In this document: in pieces, positions 40,212 through 50,811 of the stretch
Numbering within the stretch: the first letter of the stretch is position 1
How the letters are laid out: the number at the start of each line of letters is the position of its first letter
DNA from: Limnothrix sp. BL-A-16
Lineage (GTDB): Bacteria; Cyanobacteriota; Cyanobacteriia; CACIAM-69d
Assembly (NCBI GenBank): GCA_041937175.2
Contig: CP166615.1
Location: forward strand, 1,248,001-1,312,000
Direction of reading: 5' to 3'
Length of the DNA: 64,000 nucleotides
Notes under the pieces: generated by a model
The model's database searches: none
Seen by the model: only the letters and a program-made list of their open reading frames with translations
Told to the model about the DNA's origin: nothing
Program-made: the position numbers and the translations under genes

Positions 40212-41669
40212 ATGACTCGGCCCACGCATCCGCCTATGAATGTGGACTCCTACAATCCAGGGGACTTTTACGATGAGATGTTTGCCGGCCCCGGTCAGCC
40301 CCGCCCCGAAGCCCAATTTTTGGTCGATCGCCTCCGATCGCTATCGGCCGCCGAGTTAAGCCAACGCCAAGAAGCCGCTCAAATTGCTCTCTTTCGGCAG
40401 GGGGTCACCTTCAATGTGTATGGGGCCAGCGAAGGCATTGAGCGAGCCTTTCCCTTCGATATCATTCCGCGCATTATTAACGCCCAAGAATGGCAAATCC
40501 TCGAACAGGGTCTGAAACAGCGAATTCATGCCCTGAATTGCTTTTTACAGGATATCTATAGTGACCAAAAAATTATTGCAGATGGTATTTTGCCCCGCGA
40601 TTTAATCGAATCCGCCAAGGGTTTTTTGCAGCCTTGCATGGGATTGCAGCCCCCCAAGGGCATTTGGTGCCATGTGACCGGAACTGACTTGGTGCGCGAT
40701 CGCCAAGGGCAGTTTTATGTGCTCGAAGATAACCTGCGTTGCCCGTCGGGCATTTCCTACGTTTTGGAAAATCGGCGCGTGATGAAAAGCACCTTCCCCA
40801 AGGTCTTTGAAAACGCCAACATTCAGGCGGTGGATGAATATCCGTCGCGATTATTGGAAACGCTGCTGAACCTTACGCCCGATCGCCTGGCCAATCCCAC
40901 CGTCGTTGTGCTCACACCGGGGATCTACAATTCCGCCTACTTTGAGCATTCTTTCCTGGCTCAACAAATGGGCGTGGAACTGGTAGAGGGGCGAGACCTG
41001 GTGGTGGCCGATGGCTATTTACAAATGCAAACCACCAAGGGACTGCAACGGGTGGATGCTATTTATCGACGAATTGACGATGATTTCATCGATCCCCAGG
41101 TGTTTCGCTCCGATTCTATGTTGGGTGTGCCGGGGCTAACGGATGTGTATCGATCGGGACGAGTGGCGATCGCCAATGCGCTGGGAACCGGCGTGGCCGA
41201 CGACAAGGCGGTTTATGCCTACGTGCCCAAAATGATCCGCTACTACCTGGATGAAGAGGCCATGATTCCCAACGTGCCCACCTACCTTTGTTGGGAACCG
41301 GCGGACTTGACCTATGTGCTGGAGCATTTGGATTCGCTGGTGGTCAAGGCGGCCAACGAATCCGGGGGCTATGGCATGTTGATTGGCCCCCAATCCACCG
41401 CCGAACAACAGGCCGATTTTGCCGATCGAATCCGGGCTAACCCCCGCAACTACATTGCCCAACCCACCCTCTGCCTGTCGCGGGTTCCCACCCTGCTCGA
41501 TGGGGAATTTGAGGGCTGCCATGTGGATTTGCGCCCCTACGTTCTCTACGGGGAGGATATCTATGTGCATCCCGGCGGTCTGACACGGGTGGCCCTGCGC
41601 CGGGGATCGCTGGTGGTCAACTCTTCCCAAGGGGGCGGTTCCAAGGACACTTGGGTGCTGATGGATTAG
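40212..41669 (+). CDS. Circularly permuted type 2 ATP-grasp protein
   Basis: GVTFNVY, FPFDIIPR, VLEDNLRCPSG.SY, NSAYFEH and VVNSSQGGGSKDTWVL; start uncertain. Confidence 0.94.
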   Translation: MTRPTHPPMNVDSYNPGDFYDEMFAGPGQPRPEAQFLVDRLRSLSAAELSQRQEAAQIALFRQGVTFNVYGASEGIERAFPFDIIPRIINAQEWQILEQGLKQRIHALNCFLQDIYSDQKIIADGILPRDLIESAKGFLQPCMGLQPPKGIWCHVTGTDLVRDRQGQFYVLEDNLRCPSGISYVLENRRVMKSTFPKVFENANIQAVDEYPSRLLETLLNLTPDRLANPTVVVLTPGIYNSAYFEHSFLAQQMGVELVEGRDLVVADGYLQMQTTKGLQRVDAIYRRIDDDFIDPQVFRSDSMLGVPGLTDVYRSGRVAIANALGTGVADDKAVYAYVPKMIRYYLDEEAMIPNVPTYLCWEPADLTYVLEHLDSLVVKAANESGGYGMLIGPQSTAEQQADFADRIRANPRNYIAQPTLCLSRVPTLLDGEFEGCHVDLRPYVLYGEDIYVHPGGLTRVALRRGSLVVNSSQGGGSKDTWVLMD

Positions 41670-41680
41670 GCATTGCAATC

Positions 41681-41713
41681 AAAAAAAATCACCCAACCGA
41701 TCGGGCTGGGTGA
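41681..41713 (-). terminator. Intrinsic terminator of rpsD, possibly bidirectional
   Basis: TCACCCAACCGA/TCGGGCTGGGTGA stem preceded by A8 (U-tract on the minus strand). Confidence 0.7.
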
Positions 41714-41796
41714 CTCTTGAAATGCTTTTTTGGCACTGGATCCAGAAACCTGAATCCCAAATTTGCATAGAAGTGGGGAATCTGGCCCCAACGAAC

Positions 41797-42405
41797 CTAA
41801 GCTTGGCGAGAGTAGTACTCAACCACCAGCAGTTCGTTGATTTGCAGCGCCACCCACTCGCGATCGATCACGCTGTTCACCTTGCCGGTCAACTTTTCCT
41901 TGTCAAATTCCAGGTGGCTGGGCATGTTGGCCAAGCCGGGGAATTGCAGGTTGTTTTCCACAATTTTGCGCGATTGATCTTTCGGCCGCACCGTGACCAC
42001 GTCCCCAGGACGGCACTGATAGCTAGCCACGTCCACGCGCCGGCCGTTGACCATGATGTGACCATGGTTCACCAACTGACGAGCGGCGGGAATGGTGGGA
42101 GCCATGCCCAAACGGAACACGGTGTTATCTAGGCGCATTTCCAGCAGTTGCAACAGCACCGTTCCCGTGGAACCGGCTGCCCGACGAGCTTTCCGAACGT
42201 AGCGCAACATTTGGCGCTCGCTGACACCATAGTTAAACCGCAGCTTTTGCTTTTCTTCCAAGCGCACGGCATATTCCGAGCGCTTTTTGCGGTTTTGGCC
42301 ATGTTGTCCGGGCGGATAGGCACGCTTGGCACTCTTGCGGGTCAAACCCGGCAGCTCGCCCAAACGACGCACAATGCGGAGACGCGGACCTCTGTATCGA
42401 GACAT
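41797..42405 (-). CDS. rpsD: 30S ribosomal protein S4
   Basis: [25 protein letters not shown] and [10 protein letters not shown]. Confidence 0.99.
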   Translation of the reverse strand: MSRYRGPRLRIVRRLGELPGLTRKSAKRAYPPGQHGQNRKKRSEYAVRLEEKQKLRFNYGVSERQMLRYVRKARRAAGSTGTVLLQLLEMRLDNTVFRLGMAPTIPAARQLVNHGHIMVNGRRVDVASYQCRPGDVVTVRPKDQSRKIVENNLQFPGLANMPSHLEFDKEKLTGKVNSVIDREWVALQINELLVVEYYSRQA

Positions 42406-42842
42406 AACTAAGACTTTAGATTCCTTTCCTTGTTGCGGTTTTTGCGCCTAATCGACAACGGGAAGGACGGTTGGAGATCAAGCAACGCAAGCTTCTGAGC
42501 CAGAAAGCTTATGACAAACGTGCCAGCCGCGGCATACGTTTCCAGACTGATCAGTATACAGGTATTGGCGCGATCGCCCTAATGTTTTGCGCAATTTTCT
42601 GGAGCGCTGGCAATCACAGTGATCCAGAAACTCCACCGGAACCAGTCCCCGGCAATTGTGCGATCGAGCGGTGAGGTGGTCACCGGATTCCGGCAACTCT
42701 CGGGCTAGGATATGACAATTGCGAATGTCGGGCGATCGCCCTTGAGGGCCACGCCCCCGCGCCGATTTCCCATCATCCGGTTGCAAACTGCCCGATCGGA
42801 TTTGTTAACCAGGTTCCTTCTGAATCCCTTCCCCGCTTGCCC

Positions 42843-43214
42843 ATGCAACAAGATCCACCCTCATTGCCCACGGAGGTGATTGTCACCCACCCTCGTGAGT
42901 CCCTCGGTGATGTGCAACTTGATTGGCATCCTCAGCCCGGCAGCTACTTGGACTTGGCCGGCAAGACCTATGCAGTCTTGGAACGACACCATCGCTATCA
43001 ACTGCGATCGGGTCGCTACCATCTCTACAAGATTGCGCTGCATGTGCAGGCGACCCAGCGCCCCTCGGAACAAAATTTCTTTGAAGGCCAATGGATCATT
43101 GGCGATCCGCGCTGTCGATTCAACGCGCGATCGGAACTGCTCCGTTGTGCCGTGAACCCGTCGGGCCCCTGTTTGGGCTGTCGTTCCTTTGAACTGATTC
43201 CCAAACGGGCCTAA
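42843..43214 (+). CDS. DUF6464-like cyanobacterial protein
   Basis: Y.VLERHHRYQLRSGRY.L..I.L.VQ and IGD..CRFNARSELLRCAVNP.GPC.GC. Confidence 0.82.
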   Translation: MQQDPPSLPTEVIVTHPRESLGDVQLDWHPQPGSYLDLAGKTYAVLERHHRYQLRSGRYHLYKIALHVQATQRPSEQNFFEGQWIIGDPRCRFNARSELLRCAVNPSGPCLGCRSFELIPKRA

Positions 43215-43305
43215 TTTTCCCAAACGGGCCTGATTGATGATGATCAGGCCCTATTGAGCCTAGCTGGGCCAATCCGACTCGGCCGCGCTGACTGGGCCTA
43301 AATCA

Positions 43306-43342
43306 TGGGGGGATCCCGTCAATTGGCGAGATCCCCCCAAAA
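43306..43342. terminator. Hairpin between convergent genes
   Basis: TGGGGGGATC...GATCCCCCCA stem. Confidence 0.65.
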
Positions 43343-43375
43343 TGTTCAAGCGGCGGCCCAGACCAGGGCCCAGCC

Positions 43376-44050
43376 TTAAAACTCTAACTGCCGATCCCGA
43401 TCGCGGTAGAAATTCGGCTCCGACTCCGAACCACCTTGCATTCGAGCTTTGGCCTTAGCGGCACTGCGCTTCAGGGATTGCAGTCGCGATTCATATCGGC
43501 TGCGCAATTTTTTCTTGGGGGTTTGTTCGACCAGGGTTTTCAGGGCGCTACCCAAACTTTTATAGGCATTGGGCAAGGAATAGCCAAACCGAGCGGCTAG
43601 GGCGATCGCCTTTTCATCAGCCTCGATCGATTCTTTCAGTTGCCGATCGCTGTTGTTTTTCTGATAAAGCCGCCAGCCGGACACCCCACAAAGCCCCAAG
43701 GCCAACAGCAGCAACAGGCCGTCTTGCACCCACAGTTCACCCACCGCGCCGCCCAGCCCGATCGCCAGAGCCGCCATTTCCCAGCCGTCGCGCGGGATAG
43801 TGTCGTTTTGAATGCGGGCCACCTCGTGCCAGAACAGCAAATTACGCTGATCCTTCGCGAATTGCTCCCAGGCCACCAAATCCACCTGAATTTCCACCTG
43901 ATCCTTGCCGATTTCTTCGCAACGAATCAGGGGCGGATTCACGTCCATGGCCTTTTCAACGGTTACCCAGCTCTGTAGCTCAGGGGGCAACAGGCTTTTG
44001 AGTCGTCGAAGTTCGCTGAGATCCGATCGAGCTGTGGAAAACGAGGTCAT
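43376..44050 (-). CDS. DUF3318 family protein
   Basis: ELRRLK.LLPPELQSWV, RNLLFWHEVARIQ and GWEMAALAIGLGGAVGELWVQDG. Confidence 0.85.
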   Translation of the reverse strand: MTSFSTARSDLSELRRLKSLLPPELQSWVTVEKAMDVNPPLIRCEEIGKDQVEIQVDLVAWEQFAKDQRNLLFWHEVARIQNDTIPRDGWEMAALAIGLGGAVGELWVQDGLLLLLALGLCGVSGWRLYQKNNSDRQLKESIEADEKAIALAARFGYSLPNAYKSLGSALKTLVEQTPKKKLRSRYESRLQSLKRSAAKAKARMQGGSESEPNFYRDRDRQLEF

Positions 44051-44576
44051 TGCAACTGGTATCCAAACCGAAAAAGCACCGGAAACAACCCGAATCTAGC
44101 TGGGGAGAGCAACCCGCCCCGGCATCCGTCGATCAACTGTTCTAAGGTTCTGGGCAAGGTTCTGGACAATGGCGATCGCACCCTGGGCTTGTGGCTCCGT
44201 TTAATGGGAACTAATAGAAACCAAGCCATCGATCACTGGGGAACCTTGTCTGACTCTGGCTGATCAGGGGCCAATGTCAACTTGCGGAACAGTGCTCGTT
44301 GATTGGTGATCTTATCGGGTATTTGCAGTATATCGCGCCCCGTTTCCGGCTCCCGGTCGCCAATCACACATCTTCAGCGGTTCCAACGAGTTTCCACGAC
44401 GGTTCCACCACCGTGAACCAGGGTTCGTGATCGGCTGGGGTGTCCTGCTGGCAATCCCAACCACTCATCCTAACTGGCCAACTTTGATCAGCAGGTCTAG
44501 ATTGAGCCAGCCCTAATCAGCAAAAACGCCCTTGTGCCAAGCGACAAGAGCGTTCCCAATCAACAGGCAGCCAAAA

Positions 44577-44696
44577 TTACATCGACGAACCAAGACCGAC
44601 GTAAGCGCCATAGAAAAACAAACCGACAACACCGATGACACCAATACCGGCGATCGTGCCGACAACCCACAGGGGAATTCGTCCGCCTCCAGACAC
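44577..44696 (-). CDS. psbJ: Photosystem II protein J (not in ORF track)
   Basis: Translated by hand: [42 protein letters not shown] start with AAGGAGG site. Confidence 0.96.
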   Translation of the reverse strand: MSGGGRIPLWVVGTIAGIGVIGVVGLFFYGAYVGLGSSM

Positions 44697-44877
44697 AGCC
44701 GTGACCTCCTTAGTAAGGAAATAGGGTTTGATGAGGACGCGCCACTAGAGCGCATCGCACTGAGAGTTTCCCCAGCTCAGGGCTGGAGGATGTTGACCAT
44801 TCAACGGATGCTTCATCAACTCAGCAGCCAAGGTGTAGGCCAAAGGCTCAATCCCTATAGCGGCTCAGTTAAAAAGC

Positions 44878-44997
44878 CTAGTTGAAGAAATAGCTGGACA
44901 TCAAAATGCCAATCACGAAAATAAACAGCAGACCCAGATAGAGCGAAGTCCGGTTCAGCTCTACGGGTTGCTTGTTGGGGTTAGGGCTACGTTCCAC
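44878..44997 (-). CDS. psbL: Photosystem II protein L (not in ORF track)
   Basis: [42 protein letters not shown] start. Confidence 0.97.
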   Translation of the reverse strand: MERSPNPNKQPVELNRTSLYLGLLFIFVIGILMSSYFFN

Positions 44998-45009
44998 AGT
45001 GACAATCTC

Positions 45010-45144
45010 CTAGCGCTGAATGAACTGCATGGCCGCGATCGCGCCCAGGAAGAACACCGTCGGTACTGCCAGTGCGTGGACTGACAACCAACGAACGGTA
45101 AAAATCGGGTAAACAACGGGCTGGTTGGGATTCTGCGTCGCCAT
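45010..45144 (-). CDS. psbF: Cytochrome b559 beta subunit (not in ORF track)
   Basis: [44 protein letters not shown]. Confidence 0.97.
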   Translation of the reverse strand: MATQNPNQPVVYPIFTVRWLSVHALAVPTVFFLGAIAAMQFIQR

Positions 45145-45166
45145 GATTGTTAAAAACGCTCAATAA

Positions 45167-45418
45167 CTACTTCTGCAAGAACTGATCAATCTGAGTCTTA
45201 GCGCCTTGACGGATTTGCACGATCGGCACTTCGGTGCGCGTCTCGGTGAAGTATGCGTTGGGGCGGGGCGTTCCGAATGCGTCGTAGGCCAAGCCCGTGC
45301 TGACAAACAACCAACCAGCGATAAACAGAGCCGGGATGGTGATGCTGTGGATGACCCAATAGCGGATGCTCGTTACGATGTCCGAAAACGGACGCTCACC
45401 AGTTGATCCAGATGACAT
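45167..45418 (-). CDS. psbE: Cytochrome b559 alpha subunit
   Basis: [29 protein letters not shown]. Confidence 0.99.
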   Translation of the reverse strand: MSSGSTGERPFSDIVTSIRYWVIHSITIPALFIAGWLFVSTGLAYDAFGTPRPNAYFTETRTEVPIVQIRQGAKTQIDQFLQK

Positions 45419-45745
45419 AGTCTCTTTAGTCTTCTCTCAATGGAAAATTAAACAAGAACTAGCGGCTTGCCCAATCATGCAACCCGGAAATTGCTGAGTT
45501 TTGGGAACTTCAGCGACGGCCGGAGAATGGGCAATTGCTGGTTTCCATGATACAGAACGGGGGAAAAACTCCACAAGCCAATCCTGGGCGATCGAGCTTT
45601 TTGCGAGGGGCGGCGGGGATCGGGCGATCGCTGGGGATGCGTCTCGCGATTGTCATGAACCGGCGACTGATCCACCAGCGATCGAGCACCAACAACGATC
45701 CTGACCGCAACTCACCGAAAATCGATGGGCAAAGCCGCGATCGCC

Positions 45746-46777
45746 TTAGCTGGCAGCCGGAACTGCGGCATTGAGCTTGGCTGTGTCATAGCGCAAGATT
45801 ACGCCGCTTTGGCCCAGCACAAAGCCCTGATCCTGCCCAAAGAACAGAATTCGGTAGAAATTGGAGGGCACATCGCCGACGGCGCGATCCTTCTGCCAGG
45901 TTTTGCCGCCGTCATAGCTGACGAGCAAGTCGCCGCTCCCCCCAGTAATCCACAGCTCCTGATCATTGCGATAGGCCAAGTCCAGCAGCCCCAGGCTGTT
46001 GCGCAGTTCGGGGCTGGTGGTGGCGGCCCAGGTTTCCACATCGGTGGGGCTGCTGAATTGCACCTGGCCCCCGCGTGCGAGAGACCACAGGCGATCGTCA
46101 GGGCCAAAGCCCATATTTTGCAGACGGCGCGAGCTGTTGCGGTTGTGTTGCTGCCAAGCTTCATCGCCGGGAGTCCAGGTGGAGTAGTAGCTCCCCCGTG
46201 AGGAAACGGAGACATATTTACCGCTGCTCGATCGGGAAACATTGCGCACCACCCCGATCGACTCTTGCACCATGGCTTTCCAGTTGCGGCCGCCATCCGT
46301 GGTGCGGTAAATGGCTCCCAAGTCGGTCATCATTTCGGCTTGCTGGGATCCCAGAGCCACAATCAAGCGTGGATCGCCGGGCAGTTGGTTGCTGAGGGGA
46401 ATTTCCGACCAGGTTTTACCCTCATCGGTAGTGTGCAGCAGGATAGCGGGCTTACCCACAATCCAGCCCTCGTTGCCCGAGAAACTGACGGATTCCAGGT
46501 TATAGGGCGAGTCACCCAAATCCAGGGACTTATCGGCCCAGGTTTTACCGCCGTCGGTGGTTTCCAGGATGGTGGCCCCTTTACCCACCATCCAGCCATG
46601 GGGCCCCTTGCCCACCAGGGTCACATCCAACATGGTTTGTTCGGTGGGCAGGTTAATCACCTCCCAGGGGTTGGCCGCTACGGAGTCAATTTTGCGAGCG
46701 GTGCAGCCCACACAAAGCAGGGCCGCCAACAGGACAGGCAATAATTTGGGGAATAGATTACGAAGCCAGTGGGTCAT
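45746..46777 (-). CDS. ycf48: PSII assembly factor Ycf48/HCF136
   Basis: BNR repeats (TTDGGKTW), VSSRG.YYSTW and HNRNSSRRLQNMG; lies between rubA and psbE. Confidence 0.96.
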   Translation of the reverse strand: MTHWLRNLFPKLLPVLLAALLCVGCTARKIDSVAANPWEVINLPTEQTMLDVTLVGKGPHGWMVGKGATILETTDGGKTWADKSLDLGDSPYNLESVSFSGNEGWIVGKPAILLHTTDEGKTWSEIPLSNQLPGDPRLIVALGSQQAEMMTDLGAIYRTTDGGRNWKAMVQESIGVVRNVSRSSSGKYVSVSSRGSYYSTWTPGDEAWQQHNRNSSRRLQNMGFGPDDRLWSLARGGQVQFSSPTDVETWAATTSPELRNSLGLLDLAYRNDQELWITGGSGDLLVSYDGGKTWQKDRAVGDVPSNFYRILFFGQDQGFVLGQSGVILRYDTAKLNAAVPAAS

Positions 46778-46872
46778 GGGATGAATGGGATGATGAAGTG
46801 ACCGGAATCGAGAGTTTCGGTGCGGTCTGAAAGGGGTGCTCAGCGGGAATTAGCCAAGGGAACTGCCTTGGG

Positions 46873-47277
46873 CTAATTCAGACCATAAAAGCTCAGGAGC
46901 AACAGAATTCCCAGGCCCAAAACGCTGAAAATGAGGACGTTTTTTGCACCGGGAGTGAGGGTGTTAACCCCAATGCCGTAGCCGAGGTTTTCGTCAAATC
47001 CGGAGGCTTTGCCGGCGGGGCCGATGCTTTTGAATTGATATTTTTTCACGCCACAAACGGGACAGCGCCAATTTTCAGGCAGGGTCTCGAAGGGGGTGTT
47101 GGGGGCCACGTTCCGACGCTCATCCCCCTTGGCGGGTTCGTAGACATAGCCACAGGAGCGGCATTCATAGCGATCGGGCGGGGCGGGGGCGGCCGGTTCC
47201 GAGGAGGTGGCCTCGATCGCGCTGGAGTCGGCAGCCGCGATCGGTTCGATCGGTGAGTCCTCTGGTGGATGAGTCAT
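46873..47277 (-). CDS. rubA: Membrane-anchored rubredoxin
   Basis: CRSCGYVY..WRCPVC plus a C-terminal transmembrane helix. Confidence 0.95.
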   Translation of the reverse strand: MTHPPEDSPIEPIAAADSSAIEATSSEPAAPAPPDRYECRSCGYVYEPAKGDERRNVAPNTPFETLPENWRCPVCGVKKYQFKSIGPAGKASGFDENLGYGIGVNTLTPGAKNVLIFSVLGLGILLLLSFYGLN

Positions 47278-47703
47278 GGGTTGCGACAGGAAGCGTGAAG
47301 ATCGAAACGGCGGGAATTCAACCGAGCCGATCGAGGTCAGGACTCGATCGGGTTTAGCCCCACAGAGCCGGGCACAGGCCCATGCTCCGCCACCGTTAAC
47401 CTGGGCTAGTTAACGTGGGCTAATTACTGGGATTAAAAGATTGTCTTAACGATTATCGCACAGGCGCGATCGCCCCTCTGGTCTAGGCTCTGGGGCGATC
47501 GGCCCTGCGCAAAATTCTCGAAAAAGCCATCAAATCCCCAGCATCCAAAGTTTTCATCGATTCGTTCATGTCAGAATAATGAGCGCCAGCTTCCAGCAAG
47601 TGATGGCCAGCCCTTCGGTTGGCAGACCCTGGGTGAATCCGACCCAGGTTGGGAAAAAAGGCGCTGATCCCCGCTTTAGAGTTCTCCAGCAGTACCCCCA
47701 GAT

Positions 47704-48066
47704 ATGTTTACGCTGAGTGGCTATGAATACTTTCTAGGCTTCCTGCTGCTTTGCGGCATTGTGCCTGTGCTTGCCCTTGGTGCTTCTGCCGTTGTGCGCC
47801 CCAAGCGTCCTGGCAAGGAACGGCGCACGACCTACGAATCAGGGATGGAGCCGATCGGCGGAGCTTGGATTCAGTTCAATATCCGTTACTACATGTTTGC
47901 ACTGGTTTTCGTGGTCTTTGACGTGGAAACCGTGTTTCTATACCCCTGGGCGGTGGCCTTTAGCCGCTTGGGTCTGTTGGCTTTCATTGAGGCCCTGGTC
48001 TTCATTGCCATCCTGGTCATTGCCCTTGTTTATGCCTGGCGCAAAGGAGCGTTGGAATGGTCGTAA
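47704..48066 (+). CDS. ndhC: NDH-1 subunit 3
   Basis: [38 protein letters not shown]. Confidence 0.98.
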   Translation: MFTLSGYEYFLGFLLLCGIVPVLALGASAVVRPKRPGKERRTTYESGMEPIGGAWIQFNIRYYMFALVFVVFDVETVFLYPWAVAFSRLGLLAFIEALVFIAILVIALVYAWRKGALEWS

Positions 48067-48764
48067 CGCCGAACCCTAACCCGATCGAGTCCGTGGGTCG
48101 TCCGCAGGTCACGCAAGATCTGTCGGAAAACGTGATTTTGACCACGGTGGATGACCTCTACAACTGGGCGAAGTTGTCGAGTTTGTGGCCGATGCTCTAT
48201 GGCACGGCCTGTTGCTTCATTGAATTTGCGGCCCTGATTGGCTCCCGTTTTGACTTTGACCGCTTTGGACTGGTGCCCCGTTCCAGCCCGCGCCAGGCAG
48301 ATCTGTTGATCACCGCCGGAACGATCACCATGAAAATGGCTCCGGCCCTGGTGCGCTTGTATGAGCAAATGCCAGAGCCGAAATATGTGATTGCCATGGG
48401 GGCTTGCACGATCACGGGTGGCATGTTCAGCGTGGACTCACCTTCGGCCGTGCGTGGTGTGGATAAGTTGATTCCGGTGGATGTGTATTTGCCCGGTTGC
48501 CCGCCTCGCCCGGAAGCGATCGTGGATGCAATTATCAAGCTGCGCAAAAAGGTGGCCAATGAGTCGCTGGCGGAGCGCGGAGCCACGGCCCAAACCAACC
48601 GCTACTACACGATCGACCACCAAATGAAGCCGACTTCGCCGATTTTGACCGGTCGCTATTTGCAAGAGCCGGGCCGACAAGCCCCGCCCAAGAGCCTGAC
48701 CGACGCGATCGGGCTGCCCGTGCCGCCCGCGCTGTTGACCGATCGGGCCAAACAGGAAGCTTAG
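48057..48764 (+). CDS. ndhK: NDH-1 subunit K
   Basis: [21 protein letters not shown] and LPGCPPRPE. Confidence 0.98.
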   Translation: MVVTPNPNPIESVGRPQVTQDLSENVILTTVDDLYNWAKLSSLWPMLYGTACCFIEFAALIGSRFDFDRFGLVPRSSPRQADLLITAGTITMKMAPALVRLYEQMPEPKYVIAMGACTITGGMFSVDSPSAVRGVDKLIPVDVYLPGCPPRPEAIVDAIIKLRKKVANESLAERGATAQTNRYYTIDHQMKPTSPILTGRYLQEPGRQAPPKSLTDAIGLPVPPALLTDRAKQEA

Positions 48765-48776
48765 GAGACGCAACGC

Positions 48777-49310
48777 ATGGCCGACGAAACCCAACCCACC
48801 GATCTCGCCACCAACGAAGCCGGTGCGATCGCCCTCAAAGGGGACATTTCCCAATGGCTGACCAGCAATGGTTTCGGTAACGAGCTGCTGGAAATCGATG
48901 ATTTGGGCGTGGAAGTGATCAAGGTCGATCGGGACAAATGGCTCCCGATCGCCACCGCCCTCTACGCCTACGGGTTTAATTACCTCCAGTGTCAGTGCGC
49001 CTACGACCTGGGCCCCGGTGAAGACCTCGTGAGTCTCTATCACCTGGTGCAGGTGGCCGACAACGTGACCAAGCCCAAGGAAGTGCGCGTCAAGGTGTTC
49101 CTGCCGCGTGCCAACCCAACCGTAGCCTCGGTTTATTGGATCTGGAAGGGCGCTGACTGGCAAGAACGCGAAGCCTACGATATGTACGGCATTGTCTACG
49201 AAGGTCACCCAAGCCTGAAGCGGATTCTGATGCCAGAAGATTGGGTGGGCTGGCCCTTGCGCAAGGACTATATCTCGCCGGACTTCTACGAACTTCAGGA
49301 TGCCTATTAG
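48777..49310 (+). CDS. ndhJ: NDH-1 subunit J
   Basis: [37 protein letters not shown]. Confidence 0.98.
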   Translation: MADETQPTDLATNEAGAIALKGDISQWLTSNGFGNELLEIDDLGVEVIKVDRDKWLPIATALYAYGFNYLQCQCAYDLGPGEDLVSLYHLVQVADNVTKPKEVRVKVFLPRANPTVASVYWIWKGADWQEREAYDMYGIVYEGHPSLKRILMPEDWVGWPLRKDYISPDFYELQDAY

Positions 49311-49430
49311 GCCCTCCCCAGTTCGGCATCATCAGCAAATGTAGTAGGCATGGGTTTCTGGCGGGGGAGTCAACCTCAAAGCCTAGTGGCATAGCAAAAA
49401 CACTAGGTTGTATGTCGAGACCAGTCGCCG

Positions 49431-49463
49431 TAGACAAGGTAGACAAGGGGCTTAAGCCCCTTG
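49431..49463 (+). repeat. Solo 20-bp palindrome preceded by a 9-bp duplication
   Basis: TAGACAAGG TAGACAAGGGGCTTAAGCCCCTTG. Confidence 0.85.
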
Positions 49464-49477
49464 CCCCTAACGATACT

Positions 49478-49518
49478 CAAAGCCCTCGGATCGATCAAAT
49501 CGCGATCCGAGGGCTTTG
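49478..49518. terminator. Long hairpin between convergent ndhJ and rodZ-like genes
   Basis: Perfect 16-bp inverted repeat CAAAGCCCTCGGATCG / CGATCCGAGGGCTTTG. Confidence 0.75.
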
Positions 49519-49593
49519 CGACATGCGGGGAACAGCCAAAAGGTTTGAAACACTCGCTAACCGGCTACAAAAGAGCCACGCAAGTTGAACCGG

Positions 49594-50811
49594 CTAGTTG
49601 GGCAAGCTGTTGCGATTTGCGCCGTCCCGCGCTTGATTTTGATTGGTTGCCGGAGTGCCACCGCGCTGGCTATTGGGGCGATTGTTCGATCGCCCCGGAG
49701 CCTGGCCCGCGCCAGGTGTGCCAAAGCGAGCCGACTGCACCGCTCCGGTGTTACCCAGCTTGCGTTCCGTGCCCTCGTTGTAGCTCAGGAATGTTCCCCC
49801 CGCATTGCCCGTCACCACCACCACATTGCGCTGACCCGTAACCAAACGCTGGGTTCCTTCGGGCAAGACCCCTTCATAGGTCACCTTGCCATCGGTCAAA
49901 ATCCGCACCCAAGAGCGGGCTGTGAGCCGCACGTTCACTCGCACCGGGGCGATCGGGGACAGGTTCAACCGCTGCGGAAAGCGAATTTGGCTAGCAATCC
50001 CCTGAGCTACCAACACCCCGTCACCGCCACTGGCCAGGGCTGGAACGGGCGATCGCGCAGGACTACTAGGACTACTGGTCGCGGCAGGGCGGGGTGACTG
50101 GGCTGCCGTGCGTCTCGGCGAAGGCGTGGGGGTCGTGGCACGAGGACTCGTGGTGGGCTTCGGTGTGGCGGAAACCGTAGGAGTCGGGCTGGGTGAAGGG
50201 CTGGGGCTAGGAGTCGGTGATGGGCTAGGACTAGGAGTCGGCGATGGGCTAGGCGAAGGCGTGGGGCTAGGTGAAGGGCTAGCGGCCGCCGTCGGGCGAG
50301 CTGGGGTACTGGGGCTGGCGGTCGATCGGGGAGTAGGCGTAACCACCGGGCTGGGCGAAGCAACCGGCGGCTGCACAATCACCGTGCTGGGGGCCGGCTG
50401 GCTTTGGCGCAACAGGGCCGACAGACCCAACACCGACGCAATCAGGACACCGATATACAGCATCACCAAATGGGCCGGCTTGAGCTGGGGAGCAGGAATT
50501 ACCGACAGCACCCGCTGAGAGCGCACGGGGACTATGCCATTTTGCAGCGGATATTCCTGGGCAATTTCGGAGCCATCCAACCCCAAAGCCGTGGCGTACT
50601 TGGCAATAAACCCGCGCACATAAACCGGCTCGGGCAGCGAGGACGAATCGGCCGCCTCAAGTGCTTGCAGGATACGACGTTGAATTTTGGTGGTTGCCGC
50701 GACGGACTCGATCGTTAAGCCTTGGCTTTCGCGACATTCCCGCAGTCGAGTGCCGATTTCAACAAGGCGCTCAACTTGGGGCGAGTCAGCAGGCATCGTG
50801 CTGTCGTTCAT
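49594..50811 (-). CDS. rodZ: RodZ-like protein (HTH, TM helix, Pro/Ser/Thr linker, DUF4115)
   Basis: LPEPVYVRGFIAKYA..LGLD; (SPSPTP)n linker; SWVRI..DG...YEG.L..G and GNAGG. Confidence 0.85.
   Translation of the reverse strand: MNDSTMPADSPQVERLVEIGTRLRECRESQGLTIESVAATTKIQRRILQALEAADSSSLPEPVYVRGFIAKYATALGLDGSEIAQEYPLQNGIVPVRSQRVLSVIPAPQLKPAHLVMLYIGVLIASVLGLSALLRQSQPAPSTVIVQPPVASPSPVVTPTPRSTASPSTPARPTAAASPSPSPTPSPSPSPTPSPSPSPTPSPSPSPSPTPTVSATPKPTTSPRATTPTPSPRRTAAQSPRPAATSSPSSPARSPVPALASGGDGVLVAQGIASQIRFPQRLNLSPIAPVRVNVRLTARSWVRILTDGKVTYEGVLPEGTQRLVTGQRNVVVVTGNAGGTFLSYNEGTERKLGNTGAVQSARFGTPGAGQAPGRSNNRPNSQRGGTPATNQNQARDGANRNSLPN

Noticed and set aside
44513..44885. Track ORFs of 80 and 117 aa downstream of psbE
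   Set aside because: They overlap the real psbJ and psbL in other frames or on the other strand
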